Shown in pieces: positions 22,401 to 34,119 of a stretch of 64,000 nt of DNA; positions within the stretch are counted from its first letter, which is position 1, and every line of letters starts with the position of its first letter. Under the pieces are notes generated by a model. It made no database searches, was not told where the DNA came from, and was given only the letters and a program-made list of their open reading frames with translations. The DNA is from Lama glama (taxonomy: Eukaryota): contig CM052830.1 of NCBI GenBank assembly GCA_028534125.1, positions 20,770,001-20,834,000 on the forward strand. Direction: 5' to 3'. Made by a program: the position numbers and the translations under genes.

Positions 22401-25400
22401 GCTTCTAGTATACAGTTAGTGATCGAGAGCCCAGCTGTCCCCGGCCCTAGATCCCGCCCCTTTAGGATCCTGCCTCAAGGGTCGGAGATTCTGAGTTGCC
22501 ATTCCTGCCTGGGCTGCGGCCACATCAGCCAGGTTTCATCCAAGGGTTTCATCCAGTAAGACGAGGTGAGAGGACTCCGGTGTCTCCTCTTCCTCCTACC
22601 ACTTCGTGTTGCCCGCGGTTTCCATGGCTCCTGGAAGCCAGGATGGCTTGGGTAGCTGAAAGCAGAGGAGCTCAGAGGGGCTCCTGTCCCCAGCCCTGAC
22701 AAAGTGCTAAGTTCTGAGGAGGTAAGTCGGGCTTGTCTTCCCACCAGCCCTCCCACCACCGAGAACCCAGAAGTCCTTTCCTCCCAGTAAAGAGGCAGAG
22801 CACTCTTTTTCAGAAGTAGAACAGGAGCCATCTCCTGGCTCCCTCTCTAAAAACTGTAGTTCAGCAGCTATCCTGCCTGAAATTCTTCCATTAGAGCTTC
22901 ATTCTTTGTCTTTTTGTTCCTAAAAGAACTCACACCTAGAAGAGAGACAGAGTATGAGCCACTTGGAAACAGTGAAGTAATTCCCCCATCCCCAACTCAT
23001 CCCACCTCACCTCCCTCAGCCCTCCAGTGCTGGTTGGCTGAGACCTTGGCAACTGGTAGCTGGAGGGATCAGGGGCCAGGGCCACATTCAGAGGAGGTTT
23101 GCTCCACGCTCTCTGCCCATCAGGCCCAAGTTCTTTGTCCAGGCCTCAACCCATGTGCCTGCCAACTCTTTTCTGTGTGGGTTGAGGACAAGGAAATGTC
23201 CCTGCCCTGCACCTGCCACCAGCCACCTGAGCCCCACAGCAACTCTTGTTGCCTTTGATTTCCCTTTTGCCCCCCTGGGCTCCTGGCTCCGCTCACCTCC
23301 CCCTCTAGGTCCCAGCTTCTCTGATCCCCTCTTCGTCCTGCTGGCCTTGCTCTCTTCTGTCTCCCACATCTATCTTTGCCTTTTCCAGGGGCGGATAATT
23401 CACCTTCAGAACTTAGCCCCAGGGTCACCTCTCTGGAAAGGCTTCCTGGGACCCCCAAGTGATGATCAGGTTCCCTTCCTTGTGCTCCCATAGGACTCGG
23501 TGGCTGTGTTTTCCTCTGTGCTGGCTTCGAAAGCTCAACAGCCTGGCCTGTGCCACTCCCACTCCAGCAGACCATGAGCACCCAGCCCCAGCCAAGTCAG
23601 GAAAGCTCAGGTTCTCAGTAGGGGCTCGGGGCTGCCCGTAGAGAGCCCCTGCCTCTAAATGGGAAAGACAGAGCATCTAGGCAGAGTGCACCTGGGGGTG
23701 CCGTGCCAGGGCGTGGGAGGTGGGGGCCGGGCCCAGTCCTCGTGTTCCATTTTGGAGACGCCTTGTGTGGTGGTGAAATGCTGGGGAGACAGCTCAGCAG
23801 GGAGCTCAGGAACCTGAGCCTGGAGTCAGGGGAAAGGAGAGAGTCAAGGTGTGTGGAAGGTAGAGGGCCTGGTGGGTGGTGGTATAAACCTGAGCAGGGA
23901 ATTCGTCAGGGAATGCGAGGAGTGGGCAAGTCAGTTATGGCTCAGGGGCCCCATCTTACAGCTGAAGCTATGAAAGCCAGAGAGGTACTGGAACAGTGAC
24001 TTAACCTGAGGGCTTCTGACCCCCCACATACAGTAAAATACAGTGTCCCCCCCCAAATTTTCCCCTGACTTTTGCCGTTTCTAGACTCCCATACTGGGAA
24101 GGAGAGCAGCAGGGGTGGAGGAACATGGCCTGGTTCACAGTGGACTGACTACCTGCATGACCCAGGGCAACTGACTTCCCCTCCGAGCTTCAGGCCCCCA
24201 CCCCAAACCTGGGAGGATCAAATGAACCCGTTGGTCAGCAAGTGGCCGGGACAGAGTCAGTACCCACAGATCATGGAAACTGTTCGAACTGAGAATTGTT
24301 TAGTGAGGTTGGGGCTAGTGCTTATTTGAGATCTGAATCCCCAGGGAGAATCTTGTACCAAAGGTTGGAGTTAAAGGGTTTAAATGCACACTTGGCCCCA
24401 GGGCCTCGGTTTCTACATCTGAGGAGGGGCTGGTGCTCTGGGAGGGCAGGTGTGCCCCAACTCCAGGGTCTCCCCTCTGTCCTGCTCTCAGGACCCACTG
24501 AGGCAGAGCCCCATGGACCTGATGCCTGGCCCTGCCTGCTTTCCCCAGCATTCCTGTCACCTCTGGCCACTGGACTGTGTCTGCTCACTGAGGCCCACTG
24601 AAGGATGCAGATGGGTGTAGGGAAGATGGGCACAGCAGTCCCTGGGGCTCGGGCCAAAGCCTGGCTCCTTTTTCCCTGGCAGGTGCTCAGATAGGACCCC
24701 TGAGCGGGCCTGGAGGTGGTCAGAGAAAGACCAGTGGGTGTGGCTGGCAGAGAGCAGGTGGCAGTGGGCCAAGCTGGCTGGCCACCTCTGGGTGGCACTG
24801 GAGGCCCCATCCAAGCAAGCACAGGTGCTGCAGAAACGGGAGGGAACGCAAGCTGGGAATCGGCAGGGCCCGATGGGAGCCGCTGGCTCTGAAGCGGAAA
24901 GTCAGGCCCTGATCCTCTTCCCCAGTCTTCCTTGCTTGTTCACAGCCCCAGCGTGGTCCTCAGAGCTAGCAAGTTCCCCTTACTAGGCTGAAAACTCCAG
25001 AATGCTCAGGGCTGGTGCCCACGTCTGGTATCATGTTCTCAGGAAGAAGTCTTGTCGGGGTCTGGGGCATCCAAAGGAGACAGACGGGAATTGATTCCCC
25101 AACAGGGCTGCCATGTTCAAAGTGTCATCTCTGTGAATGGCACCTCTGGAGGTGTGTGGTGCATTACCTGGTGTGGCTGGGAACTGTCGACAGAAGCAAA
25201 GAAAGGGCCAGAGAACCTGTAGCCTCCCCACTCCCCTCAAGAGTCAGAGGGAAGGAGGTGGCTAGTTTTAACTCAGTGGATAGAAGAGTTTCCTTAGAAG
25301 CCCAGCCACCCCTGGTGAAGCTTCTATCCTCAGGGAGGAAGAGAGGGCTATGCAAACTGAGGCTCCTACGGGAGGTACCCAGCATCCCTGACCCAAGTGA

Positions 25401-27037
25401 GGATATGGACAGTACCACCCTATGATGGCCCAGATACCTCAGCCTTTAGTGACCTGGGGGTCTCAGTCCATAGCTGACCCTCCTAGAGCCATTATTCCCT
25501 ACCAGGCTGGGGACCCAGTTGACATGCCTGCCACTCTCTAGCATTCCACAGCAGCATCCCCTGTACTCTTGCTGGAGCACCAAAGCCATCAGGAGCTGGG
25601 CTGGAGAGGTGATGTGTCTCAGGTCCAGCTGGAGGTGAAGGGTTGTACATCTGGAACCTGTAGTGATAACAGCTGGGCAGCTTCCCAGAGCCTTGAGGCA
25701 CAGTCCCATGTGTACAAGTCAGGGCACAGGTCCATGCTGGGCCCCCAGCTGGGCTTATCACAGCTGGTGAAGCAGGCAGGACCTCGTGGAGTCAGCCTGC
25801 TTTATCAGGGGTTGCAGACACTGCCCTGCCCAGGGTGGGGGATCCATGTTTTGAGGCTGGTCCTGCCCTCTCCAGTGGCTCATGCTGCCTCTAGCCCTCC
25901 CCCAAGTAGGTGGATTGCTCCCTGGCCTGCCTGGAGCAGGAGAGGCACCAACTATGGGGATCCCAGGGACAGAAGGAGTGGAGGAGGCCAGACCAGGACA
26001 TGGAAGACAAGTGAGGGTGCCAGGAGTGGGGGAGGAGTGGGGTGGCAGAGGATGGGCAGACAGTCTCTTCTGCCTCCAGTACCCTGCTACTGCAGATAGA
26101 AGTGGAAAAGGCCCAGTGGTTTTTCGACAAGATGAGCCGACAGCCCCTTGACCTGGAGCCCAGCCTGAGGACCCCTGGAGTAGGGATGACCAGAGCCCTC
26201 CTCCAAGTGGGTGCATGGCAGGGCCCGTGTCCAGCCCTGCCCTGTACTTCATCCGGGTCATCAGTCTTGGAGCAGCAGCCAGGGAAGGAGGGCAGTGCAG
26301 GGGCTTCTGTTCAGCCCAGAGGGGATGCTTCTCTCCCTAACATTTGGAAAGAGCTTGTGATCACCCAACTGGCTCCTCTTCTGCTTCAGATGGGAAAACA
26401 GCCCAGAGGGTAGGGAAGAACTTGTTCAGGGTCATAACACTGTGGTTGGAAACTGGGAGGCGCCCCCTGGACTGAGCGTAGCTGCAGGAGATGCTGAGAA
26501 GCAGAGATGGGATGGCATCGGGACCCAGGCACTTCAGGGCTCAGAGAGAGTCTTGATGGGGGCAGCTGAGAACCCTGCATAGGCTCAGGATACAACCCAC
26601 CTGTGGGAGCGGCCGCTGATGCTCACCCAGGTGGGTCAAGACAGCTGGCAGGCTCAGCCCTGCAGGGAACACAGGGCATGAACTGAGCCAGGCTGTGCTT
26701 ATCTGTGCCAGGAGGGCAGAGCAGCAGGTGAGCCTGGGCCCTCGTCCTTGGAGGATTCTGAGGGACCACTGAAACAGCACCCTCTGCTGGTGGACACCCA
26801 GGTACTGTCCAGACTTAAATCATTTGGTCTGGAGTCGGGGGAGCCCCTGTGGGCTGGGTGGTCAGAGGCGTCCTGGAAGGGTTGAGTCTCAGAGGACGTG
26901 GAGGTCAGGAACGCTGGGAGGAGGGGGCTGCGTCAGTAAAGGCCTGTGGGCTAGCTTGAGCAGATAGATCTCAGTCAGGTGAGCCCCATGGCCCTGAGGC
27001 TAAGCCATGACTCTGGGTGGAATGAGGGTCTTCACAG

Positions 27038-27197
27038 GTGAACAAGAGACTCTTGGAAGAGCTGGGTCAGAGTGACCAGTGGCTTGGGGCCTGCCTGGAG
27101 CAGCTGCAGCAGTTACAAGGAGAGAAGCTGGAGTTGGAGCGCTGTGCACAGGCCCTGGAGGCAGAGTGTTCGGTTGCTTGGGGAGAAGTCGGTGCAG
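27038..27197 (+). pseudogene. Coiled-coil exon remnant
   Basis: tcttcacAG|GTG acceptor, CAG|GTAGCA donor; VNKRLLEELGQSDQWLGACLEQLQQLQGEKLELERCAQALEAE, then a probable frameshift into VRLLGEKSVQ. Confidence 0.65.
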
Positions 27198-28955
27198 GTA
27201 GCAGTGCTGGGGGCGGCCCTGGGCCAGGAGGCCTGGCAAGTGGCTGCTGGGGCCCACCTCTCAGTGTCCAGGCCCGGTTGGAGTGGGGGTCCTGTTCTCA
27301 CACTGGGTGAGATGGCCTGTGGGCAGGAGGTGGGCCAGCCTCTGTCACAGATATTGAGGGGAAAGGCCCAGAGCCCCAAACCCTAAGTCACATGGCCAAA
27401 GGCAGACTCTCTTCCCCAGGAATCAACACTCCTGGCTGTTACAATGGCTCCCATATGGGAGCATGTGGGAAATCTGTCCGCTTCAGCAAGTCCTGTCTCC
27501 CCTACACATGGCTGAGCCCCTCCTGCTGGCCCAGGGCCAGGCTGGGGAGGTGAGATAACCTTAGCTGCTGGGCTCACTGGGATGCTTGGGAGAGGAACTG
27601 CTCAGGACAGAGGGTTGTGTGTGTGCAGGGAACCATGAAGGAGGCATCTCTGTCCCAGTCTCCAGCCCAGCTATCAGATTGTGGTGAGGACATCCATGCA
27701 ACTTGGACAGGAATCATTGAAAATGGGTGAAAACAAGGTGTGGGTGATCTGAGGTCCATGCTGTGCCTAGACCACCTCATTTCTACTAGCACACTTCAGC
27801 TCCAGGAGGTACAGTGCCCCACTGGAAAGAGCCTGGAGGAGGAGGAATCACATCCCAGGCTTCATGAGAAGGCGTCCAAGTACAGGTGGCAGCTGCCCTG
27901 AAATTTAAAGAGGAAGAACTGCAGGGACTCCAGAGGCCGAATGCAGCCTGGCCTCCCCAGGCGCCTACACTCTGTCCACCCCTTTCCCTCCCCACCCACA
28001 GCTTCCTCCTCCCCATTCTCTTCCCTACCGCCCAGTCTTTCCTGCTACCTGCCAGTGAGTCTCTTCCGACTTCTTAGGATCCGCCCTGACTTTATCTTAC
28101 ACTTCCTTCCCTTCTGCCTTTTCCTCCTTGAGCTCCATCAGTCTCCACTCATTCATTAGCATTTACTAAGCAGCTACTACAGGTCTGGCCCTCTTCCATA
28201 CACAGGAGAACCAGAGTCCAAGCAGATCACTCCCTGGCCCTGAAAGTTTCTGGTTTGGGGGCACATAATCATCAAGCATGATTTATGAGTTAATGTGCCT
28301 GAAGAGGGGAAGGGCATTATGGAAGCTGAGGAGGGCTCACTGGGGTGGGGTGAGGTGGGGACCACCTGGGGTCAGATGACCCTAAAGTCTTCCCCCAGCC
28401 TGGTACCAGGGACCTAGTACAAAAAAGCAGGTGGTCCAGGCTCTGCCAGAGTCACCCGCCCCTTCCTCTCATGGGGTCTCAGCTTCCCAGTCTGTATGAT
28501 GGGTAAACTCCCTGCCCTGGTCCCTGTATCACCTGGGGGCTCAGGGCCAGGGTATGGGGCCTTCTGGACTCAGGAAGCCCATCTGCCCATAAATGGACAG
28601 TGCAGGGAGACAGGGGAGGATCTGGAGACAGAGGGGGCTTAGGAGATGTGAACCTGCCCTCAGGAGGCTCTCGGACTGGATGGTATTAGTCATACAAGGA
28701 ACACTGAGGGAGGGTCACCCACCAATATTTTTGGATTTAGGGAAAATTTTTAGTCACCTGTCAGTTTTGCAGGGAAGAAAGAGGCCATCTTGCTCCTCCC
28801 CCTCAGTGCTGTTCCATCAGCCTCTCCCAGCACCTGACAGCCATCTGTCCCTTCTTTGGGTCAAGGTGTATTCCCAGGCAGGCCCCTGTGAGAATGGAAC
28901 CAGACCAAGATAGGAGCCAACAACCCCCCACCCCCATTCCCAGACTTCCCTGCAG

Positions 28956-29072
28956 GTGGGCTCCGAGCTAACCCAGATGCGGGCTAAGTGTGAGAAAGTC
29001 TGGGACGTGCTGAAAGCTCGGGACTCAGAGCTGGACGCTCAGCAGCTGGCCCTAGAAGGCGCCCGGAACCAG
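28956..29072 (+). pseudogene. Intact 117-nt coiled-coil exon of the same remnant gene
   Basis: cttccctgcAG|GTG acceptor, CAG|GTGCTC donor, phase 0-0; VGSELTQMRAKCEKVWDVLKARDSELDAQQLALEGARNQ. Confidence 0.65.
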
Positions 29073-29569
29073 GTGCTCACCACTGCCCCCACCACTGGCC
29101 TCTGCCAGGCCCATGTGCCGAGGGAAGGACCCAGTCTCCCCTGCCCAATCCCTGATCACAGCATGGCCACTGGCTTTCCCTCCCCAGAGTCAAGTCCCTT
29201 TCGGGCTCTCACCACCACTACCCCACTTTCCTTTGCTTCAGCCCCAGGGTACCTGGGTGTGAAGGGCTGTTAGAGAGAAACGTCTTCCCTCACAGAGATG
29301 CTCACCAGGCCCCACAGCTCCTCCTCTTCCCCTGAGGATCGGGGGCAGGTGGCACGGGGCATTTGGGGACATGCTGCCAAGAGAGGCCTCTCATTCCCTG
29401 GGGTGACATTGCTGGGCCAGGGGCCTGATGTGTCTCTCCATCTGCCTTCTCTCTGAAGAGGGAAATCCAGGGGAAGAAGCAGGAGGGGTGTGGCTAGGTG
29501 GGCTCTGGGGGCACGGGGAGTCGGGACGTCTGGGTTCCTGGGCCTGGGCTCACAGATTGAAGGAGAGTG

Positions 29570-29750
29570 GCCTTCAGAGCCTAGAAGTCCTGGGCTCAGG
29601 TCAGCTCTACCACCAACCAACTCACTGAGCAATAGCAAGTCTGACTTCTCTAAGCGTCAGTTTCCTTATCTGCAAAATGGGGATACTGACACTACCTAGC
29701 TCAAAGGACGAAGGGAGGATTACACAGGACAGTGCATGCTGCATGGTGCC
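29570..29750. mobile_element. MIR SINE fragment
   Basis: gcaagtctgacttctctaagcgtcagtttccttatctgcaaaatggggatactgacactacctagctcaaagg. Confidence 0.65.
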
Positions 29751-32399
29751 TGTTTCCAGTCCCCCTGAGCTTCCTGACCCCTGGGGTCCAATTTGGGTGT
29801 CAGTATCAAAGCCATAAAACCAAAGGGGTGTGCCCAAGGCCAACTACTTGTGGCGCTTTAGTCACAAAGTCTATTTATCCAAATGTTCCACAAACAAGGA
29901 ATTGTTTTCACTTCTTATTAAGTTCAGGAAACAGTTTGAGATAAAGTGCCACCATCAGTGATACACAGTGTAGCACATTCCAGGGCCTGGAGCCTGAATA
30001 CTGTCTATGCTCGGATACTGTTTCACTCTGACCAACAGCCTCTTCTTTATGACCCTGCATGGAGGAACTTGATGGGGTGGGGGCTCCCGTCCTTTGCCTC
30101 AGCTGCTCTCTGGGAACCCCAAGGGAAGGGGTCAGATCCGTCAGTGCACCCTCAGGCTGAAACTGTCCTCAGGGAACAGAAACTGATGCAGCTGTGAGCA
30201 TCAAGGATTCCAGCACTGGGAAGACAGGAACGGCCAGCCACCTCTCAACCCCTGAAGGTTGGGGATCCTCTAGAGGGGCAGTGGGAGTGACCCCTGCCCT
30301 GTGAGAGCCAAACCCAGCTTCTCTCTCTGCCTTTGTCTCCCCATCTACAAGTTGGAGGGGAAACAGGATCAAAGGGCCTTTCCAGCATGGGTCTTTGCTG
30401 GTTCTGGATTCCTCAGCTGGTTTCCCCCTTCCCTGCCCAGAGCTGGAGCCACCCCATACCTGGCCCCTGCCCTGCCTCTGTGCCACTTCTCCTCCATCTG
30501 CTCCCAGATCTTAGCCACAGCCCTGGAACCACAGAAGAGAGGAGCATCTGAGAAAAACTGGCAGTCAGGGGCAGTGCTCAGGCTGGGGAACAAAGGCGGT
30601 GTGGAGATTGAGGTCCCGAGCCACCAGGGAACAGCTTCATAGTCTCACTCTGCAGCACAAGAGAATAAGGTCAGCCTCAGTCCATCCCTGGACTGACAGG
30701 CCTCAGAGAACCAAGGACTTCTGAGGAGAGGGGAGGCCCCTGTGGCTATGCCTTTAGCCCCCAAGGCCAAGATGTTCTTAGGGCCTGAGGCCTATTATAG
30801 GTAGCTGCAGTCAGAGGCTGTCCTTGTCCCCACCTGCCAGGAGGCCTAAACTGCTCATGTTGGCAAAAGGTTTCTGACTCTCAGTAGATGAGGCCATCTG
30901 GTCCTTTCCCAGGGAGGACCCTGTGGCTAGGAGTAGAGCTGGGCAGATAGTGGCCAGTGGGGATGCTGGCATCCTTGCGGGGCTTCGTTGGCTCACTGAC
31001 TGCCCCAGTGCCAGCAGGGTGATGACTAGGGACCCTGTGTCTTACTGGTGAAGGCCTTGGGCACTGGACATTAGACTTCTCAAAGTGAGTTCTCATCTAC
31101 TTGTGCTTCATGTCACTCTACAGTCTCCATTTCACAGACAAGAAACTGCCCAGAGAAGGTCAGTAATTTGCCATAGGTTACACAGCAAAACAGCAGCTAA
31201 ACGCCCTGTTTCCCTAACCTGTCGCAGAAAGGTGGTTTCTCATTTCACACTGCCTTTTCTGAGCTTGACAGCATGACCACCTTCAATGGCCATAGGCCAG
31301 GCCAGCTTAGGGTTGACATCCTCCTTGAGGTCCTCTGGCCAGTTTTCTTTTTCTGAACTTCCCTCCCTATCCTGCTGTGTGGTTCCCTCCCCTACAGAGC
31401 TCTGTGAGCTGGGCCACATGCCCCGAGAGTCAACGGTGTCACTGAACATTCCCTCTATCTACTGCCTTGAGTGAAGCCAGGTTTTGGAGACGGGGGCTCT
31501 TGTGGCAGGGTGAAGGGCTGTTTCCCCAGCATCGTCCTTTGCAGAATATACTCTGTCCCACTGCCATCCACATGGCTGCTGTGGGGGCTGCCAAGTTCTC
31601 AACTGATTGATTCAGCACTGGATACTGAACCCTACTGAACCAATGGGCCCCTTCCTGGGATCACCGGACTTGAGACAAGAGTAATCTTTCCAGAGCTGAA
31701 GACTGGGCACATAAAATGGGGGAGCTGTCAACTGCCTTATTTTTTTCTGTGGAAAAAGCTGGATTTCAGTGACAGCCAACAATTCCCAGAAAGTGGAATT
31801 GGGATGGAGAGGTTTTGGTTCAGTCCAGGGCATCTCTTGCATGGAGAAGATACAAACTTGACCTTTGGGATGGTCATCTCACCTTGCTCTGTGGCTCAGG
31901 AAAAGAGAAATACCTTCCACGGGCAGTGCTTCTGGGTTCCAGACCTTCCTGAGGCCGGCTCCAGGCCCTGCTGCCCTCGGGCTCCTCCACACACCCAGGG
32001 GTCGGAGAGTAAGTGTCCTTTCTTTCTGCTCACGTGAGCCTGAGTAGTTGGGGTCCCTCGCCAGGGAAACACCCCCACCCCTGATTTGGGGGTGTTAGAA
32101 GGCGGCCCTCCTGCCCTGAACGAAGGCCCTCCCTGGAAGCCAGGCATCACCTCTCCACCGGCTTACTCTCAGTTTGTATCCCTAGCAGAGGGCCACTCCC
32201 CCGCCCCGTGGCCTCCTTGTGTGTCCCTGTCTCCCAGCTGCTGCCGGGGCGGGTACCTCACTCTCTTCAAGCGCAGCGGGACCCCGCACTCTTCCCAGTC
32301 CTGCTTCTTTGGTGGTTTCCTCCTCCACTTCGTTCCGGGGGTGATTACAAACCTTCTCTTTCAAAAGGCTCAAGCCACCAACTCCCTCTTTCTTCCGGG

Positions 32400-32720
32400 C
32401 AGTGACCTGCACTCCGCTTCACAGGGACGCAGGCGGTGGCGCGCTCTGCGCGGGGGCTTCCCTCCCGGCGCCGTGCGGTCCCAGGTCCGCCCCAGTCGCT
32501 CCGCCCCCTCGCCCCATTGGCTGCGCGGAGGGCACGTGCCCCACCCTGGCCAATGAGGTGGGGGAGGCCGCGGCGCGTAGCCAGGAACGCAGCTCCCGCT
32601 GGGGCGTCAGGTGAAGTCGCGAAGCAGAGCCGAGACGTGGGATAACCAGACACCCACACCATCCTCCCTCTAGTCACTGCTCTGGGTCCCCGCTGCCCTC
32701 ACTGAAAGTAGGCACACGCG
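32400..32720. promoter_or_regulatory. Second CpG-island promoter (candidate distal CLK3 promoter)
   Basis: GC boxes (~32487-32508), ATTGG (32516-32520), E-box CACGTG (32533-32538), CCAAT (32550-32554), dense CpG. Confidence 0.65.
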
Positions 32721-32749
32721 GGAGAGGTAAGGGCAGCTGCGTTAGAGTA

Positions 32750-33100
32750 CATCCCCAGTCCTGCCATTCACCAGATATGCGCATTTCTGCTCGTTTCTTC
32801 ATCTGTAAAATGAATAAGGTCACTGCCTCACAGGTCTGTGGCTGGACTGTTAAACGAGATACTGTGTGCTCAGCGCTCGGGTTAGGGTACAGACTCTAGA
32901 CTTTGTAGCCACTGACTTAGAACCCTGTGCCCTTCTCACAGATCTTGGACCTCACGTTGGTTACTCGACCCCTCTGTGCCTGTTTCCTCATTTGTTAAAT
33001 GTGGATAATAGTTCCACCTTATAAATGTGTAGAGGATCAAATGAGTTAATTCACGCAAAGAACTTAAACAGCACCTGGCACACACCAGTGTTCAGTCATT
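32750..33100. mobile_element. Two MIR fragments
   Basis: tttcttcatctgtaaaatga...; ctctgtgcctgtttcctcatttgttaaatgtggataata...aggatcaaatgagttaattcacgcaaagaacttaaacagcacctggcacac. Confidence 0.7.
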
Positions 33101-34113
33101 GGTAGTTTCACAGCCACTTATTACCGCCAGCGCCGTCATGTGTCCTGCGCACATGTGGAGAGTTCCTATGGGGTGCAAATCTGGGAGCAGAACTGTTGGA
33201 CCCCAGGGCATGTGCATGTCACTAGGTAAAGCCAAAGTGTTTTCCAGAGTTAGACTAATTTCGACTTTATCCAAGCAACCTGTGAGTTCCCATTGCTACC
33301 CATCCTCCCCAAGACCTGGTATTTAAGACTAAAGTTTGTGCCATGTCTGCTAGCTCCAGATCACCCTTCTAGAAAAGCCTCTTTCTAAGCCTATGTCCTC
33401 CTTAAAACATGCCAGCAATGCCCTGATGCTCAGAGGATGGTGCCCAAATCCCTTAGCCTGGGATCCATCCCGGCCCCAGCCACACTTTTTTCCGATCACC
33501 TCCTCCACCGCTAGGCACTACCCACAGTCCCCCAGTGCCAGGTCCTTTGATACCACCAAGTTTCCATACCTATCAGTTCCTCTGCTGGAATGCTCCTCCT
33601 CACATGTCCAGTTGGCAATCTCATTCTTCTAGCTGAAATGTCACAGCCTCTGGGAAGCCTTCCAGAGATTCCTTAGTGAGCTGCTCCAGCATTTATCTGC
33701 CCACTAGTCCCAGTCATTCTGTATTCTACAGACTCAGTTTTTGTCTAGGTAATTGTGTGAGCCTCCCAGACGGGAGTGTGAGACTTCAGTAGGAGCGCAA
33801 AGAGGGCTTGCTAATGGAGTGAACCTCTGGCCTTGTGCCTGCCAGGACCCTGGCGTAACACCTGGGGAGCCAGTTTTGGTGATCAGGCAATATTAAAGGT
33901 GCCCAGCTAATACAGAAGACAGGATGAGAGTTAAGTGCTTTGGGGAAAGGATGGATGAGCAGTGGAGAGAAAGTTCAGGAAAAATCAGGAGATCAGAGGA
34001 GCAATTTAACTCATCCCCTTTTTCTCTGAAGGCCTTCACCTCTTCCCTACTACAGTCCAATGAAACAGTCATTGCAAGTGCCCGCAAGACCCACTTGTGT
34101 GAAGAGGTAGAGG

Positions 34114-34119
34114 TTTATT
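34114..34119 (-). terminator. ARID3B: ARID3B polyadenylation signal AATAAA
   Basis: TTTATT on +, about 2.36 kb downstream of the ARID3B stop codon on the - strand. Confidence 0.75.

Larger units (their letters stand above)
22694..30670 (+). pseudogene. Putative decayed multi-exon coiled-coil protein gene (identity unknown)
   Basis: Series of mostly AG/GT-bounded exon-like segments coding E/Q/L/R/K-rich helical peptide: 22694-22721, 24683-24842, 25542-25634, 26096-26206, 26583-26727, 27038-27197, 27790-~27960, 28956-29072, 30156-30197. Several carry stops or frameshifts. Confidence 0.6.

Noticed and set aside
23389-23610. Additional + strand exon candidates of the remnant gene (23389-23469, 23494-~23610, ~25297-25374)
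   Set aside because: Acceptors are plausible but donors are weak, the first two are only 24 nt apart, and reading frames are ambiguous. Not counted as supported exons.
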